Of a stretch of DNA of 64,000 bases, positions 61,865-64,000 are shown one piece after another; position 1 is the first letter of the stretch, and each line of letters opens with the position of its first letter. Source of the DNA: Candidatus Uhrbacteria bacterium (GTDB taxonomy: Bacteria; Patescibacteriota; Patescibacteriia; UBA9934); contig CALRHE010000001.1 of the NCBI GenBank assembly GCA_943359345.1, forward strand, positions 1,995 through 65,994, read 5' to 3'. The notes below the pieces were generated by a model that did not search any database, was not told the DNA's origin, and was given only the letters and a program-made list of their open reading frames with translations. The translations under genes and the position numbers were made by a program.

Positions 61865-62506
61865 AACCTCTGTGTGGACTAACTGATGCCTCCGACGCAA
61901 ACGATCTGATTGGATAAATACGAAAGCTGCCCCACCTAAAGCACCCAAGAACAAACCCGACACAGCATTAACTGGAATATTTGGTCGCACTGGATAACGC
62001 GAATTCAAGGGATCATCAACCACTTGTACGGTAATATTTCCGCCAGAGGTATAGGTCCAACCTTGGGTAGTGATTACAAAAGCTACTGCTTGAGCTATCT
62101 CTTGAGCTTGCTCAACATCAACGTGATAAGCCTTAATGGCTAGCAGACCACTGCTCCGTGACACCGAAGCAGAAATAGTTTTTTCCCATTGCTTACGTTC
62201 TTTAATGGGATCGTCTGGAAAATAAGTGTCGTCGATCAGAAAACCTGAATTGATAACCTTGTCAAAAAAAGTCGAAGTATAAACAATGCTAGACAAATCA
62301 TCAGCGATACGTTCAGCCGAACGACTAGCAGTGTAAGCGTCCACCACGCCTAATTCTTGGGTGATCAAAATCCGGGTGGTTGAACTGTATTCAAGAGGTC
62401 GCAAAAGTGATAACAAAACTGCGAGTACCAATCCACACGACGAAAACAAAAGCACAGTTGGCCAGGCCTGTAGGAGTGGTGTTATTTGTGTGTACTTATC
62501 GGTCAT
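61862..62506 (-). CDS. Polysaccharide co-polymerase / chain-length determinant (CpsC/Wzz-like, two TM)
   Basis: N-terminal TM, extracytoplasmic domain, C-terminal TM with the PNIPVNAVSGLFLGALGGAAFVF motif (P-x2-P-x4-G-x-x-LG pattern of Wzz/CpsC proteins). Confidence 0.5.
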   Translation of the reverse strand: MTDKYTQITPLLQAWPTVLLFSSCGLVLAVLLSLLRPLEYSSTTRILITQELGVVDAYTASRSAERIADDLSSIVYTSTFFDKVINSGFLIDDTYFPDDPIKERKQWEKTISASVSRSSGLLAIKAYHVDVEQAQEIAQAVAFVITTQGWTYTSGGNITVQVVDDPLNSRYPVRPNIPVNAVSGLFLGALGGAAFVFIQSDRLRRRHQLVHTEV

Positions 62507-62513
62507 GTTGAGA

Positions 62514-63632
62514 TTAGTATATCAAACTGCTGGCATCAGCGAGCACGACTGAAAGTTCAATCAAGGCTCCACCCCGCAACACGTTCAATCGAACTGTTTG
62601 ACCAGGATCATAAGTAGCTAATAACTCAGCTAAAGATGTATCCGCGGTTATGGCTGCGTCATCTACGGCAGTTATAATGTCATGATTCAAGACTCCGGCC
62701 TCCCCAGCAGGACCCCGGGCTGGCACTGGTAAGCGACCGCTCGGAGCCACAACTAATGCCCCCGCACTCAGGCCCTGACGAAGATCAGGATCAAGATTAT
62801 AAACATCTGACAAATCAATTACATATGCTCCCAAGGCTGCATGCATAACTGTGTTGGCACGCAAAGTTTCCTGAATAAATGCCAAGCCGTGCTGCAACGG
62901 AGTAGCCAAACCATCAGCTGTCATAAAACCCAGCAAGTCACCACTGGCCGAAATCATCGGGCCCGTATAGTCACCGTTTAAAACTAATTTCCAAGCATCA
63001 ACATAATCTTCGGCTGGCTGAGGACCAGACAACAAGCTGTGTTTAACCACTTCAAGCGTGGTTGGCAATAACCCCAGGGCGCCATTCAACACAAACAAGC
63101 TATCACCGCTACGTACGTCTGCACTTGAACCAAAACCAACCGGGGTCAAGTTACTAGCGTGACCCAATTTTATAAGCACAAATGGGGACAGTTCATCGCT
63201 AACTATGTTTTCAATGCCATAACGTTCTCCCCTCACCCAAACCTGATTACTAACGAAGGGATTTTGACCGGCTGAGATTTCATCATAAGTGGTAAGTATC
63301 CAACCGTTGGCACTAACCACTACTCCTACACCTACAGCTTCAACCGGACCCACCCACTTACTGGGTACCGAGCTATCATCAACAGTCTTCATGATTACTG
63401 CCAAACTCCGACTTTGAGTTTCGCGCACTTTAGCTACAGCCTCGGCGTAATCTTGTGGATTGAGATTAGGTTTGCGCGGTTCAAGAGCTGTAAAACCTCT
63501 ATCGCCCAGCAAAGCAGCGGCGTAGCTTTCAAGCGTAGTTGAAGTAATCACACTAGCCAAAACGCCGGCACCAGCACCTACAACGAGTGAGGCCAGTACG
63601 GTAAGCACCGCGGTGCGTTGAGGGTTTTTCAT
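62514..63632 (-). CDS. HtrA/DegP-like trypsin-fold domain plus PDZ protein, apparently lacking catalytic His and Ser (predicted pseudo-protease)
   Basis: N-terminal TM; trypsin-like region aligns GWILTTYDEI (His position substituted) and NGDYTGPMISASGDLLGF to the GNSGGP...NGELIGI block with Ser replaced by Tyr; clear C-terminal PDZ (ALVVAPSG...VRLNVLRGG). Start taken at MKNPQRT (63632) to avoid a 130-nt overlap. Confidence 0.45.
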   Translation of the reverse strand: MKNPQRTAVLTVLASLVVGAGAGVLASVITSTTLESYAAALLGDRGFTALEPRKPNLNPQDYAEAVAKVRETQSRSLAVIMKTVDDSSVPSKWVGPVEAVGVGVVVSANGWILTTYDEISAGQNPFVSNQVWVRGERYGIENIVSDELSPFVLIKLGHASNLTPVGFGSSADVRSGDSLFVLNGALGLLPTTLEVVKHSLLSGPQPAEDYVDAWKLVLNGDYTGPMISASGDLLGFMTADGLATPLQHGLAFIQETLRANTVMHAALGAYVIDLSDVYNLDPDLRQGLSAGALVVAPSGRLPVPARGPAGEAGVLNHDIITAVDDAAITADTSLAELLATYDPGQTVRLNVLRGGALIELSVVLADASSLIY

Positions 63633-63634
63633 AT

Positions 63635-63985
63635 TTATGTCCAGGTAGCCGTACCAAAGATAAGCGCGAGCAGCATACACCCAATCAAGGCGTAGCGCCG
63701 AACAATCGCCGGCGTTAATTTTTCTAACACGTGTGCGCGTGAAATACCTAAATACACGTACCAACAGACTGTGAAAACCGCGGCGTGTGTTACAAAGCTG
63801 GTTGGCAACATGCTTAACGATACGTAAACTTCGGTCATCACAATCGCCCCAGTAACTGCAAACAAAATTCCAGTCTCAAAACCAATTTTACTAACCCAAA
63901 AGACCGCCACAGTGGCTAGTAAAACAATTAAGAAAGTAGCTATAGCTGGGATCCACAGGGGTAATTCCAAAAACAGTTGAGCCAT
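63635..63985 (-). CDS. Hypothetical 4-TM membrane protein
   Basis: 116 aa, hydrophobic throughout; start ATG at 63985 near the window end. Confidence 0.35.
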   Translation of the reverse strand: MAQLFLELPLWIPAIATFLIVLLATVAVFWVSKIGFETGILFAVTGAIVMTEVYVSLSMLPTSFVTHAAVFTVCWYVYLGISRAHVLEKLTPAIVRRYALIGCMLLALIFGTATWT

Positions 63986-64000
63986 GTAAGCGCTGCCCGT

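Noticed and set aside
1-64000. Transposase, integrase or phage genes that could explain the island or the MITE-like repeats
   Set aside because: No ORF with DDE/HTH transposase, tyrosine or serine recombinase, or phage structural signatures was found; the repeats are too short to be autonomous.

Overview
The window looks like a compact, gene-dense bacterial chromosome segment of about 45-50% GC by eye. Most genes sit on the minus strand with short overlaps, which suggests a small-genome, Patescibacteria/CPR-like organism; that is inference and needs a taxonomic search. Housekeeping blocks that can be recognised: (1) dnaB-ybaB-recR, rplU, a membrane-anchored ClpC-like ATPase, tgt, a TrmH methyltransferase, ftsEX; (2) a tRNA-Gly/tRNA-Thr pair; (3) a rearranged dcw cluster (murE-like, murD, murG, ftsW, mraY) interrupted by a P-type ATPase and tRNA-Lys; (4) rpmA, pyrG, rplI, a NUDIX hydrolase and a CtpA-like protease. 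From about 29.6 to 57.7 kb there is a large cell-surface glycosylation locus: rmlBCD, a GT-C (PMT/ArnT-like) enzyme, a CDP-alcohol phosphatidyltransferase, several GT4 and GT2 enzymes, a DPM1-like polyprenol-phosphate glycosyltransferase with a DUF2304-like partner, a UXS-like epimerase, an S8 subtilase with FG-GAP repeats and an O-antigen-ligase-like membrane protein. These surround a 1441-aa Thr/Asp/Gly-rich giant secreted protein that lies directly downstream of an ECF sigma / anti-sigma pair. I read this as a candidate surface-glycoprotein O-glycosylation system. Next to it, at about 57.7-61.5 kb, is a compositionally foreign high-GC island encoding four secreted proteins (three lipoproteins, one with MopE-type Cys-rich repeats typical of Myxococcota), with terminator hairpins at its edges and a MITE-like repeat just beyond its right edge. 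Two small repeat families occur in intergenic DNA: a ~125-bp palindromic MITE-like element (3 copies sharing a perfect 23-mer) and a ~27-bp GACCCT...AGGGTC hairpin (3 copies). I found no rRNA genes, CRISPR arrays or transposase ORFs.
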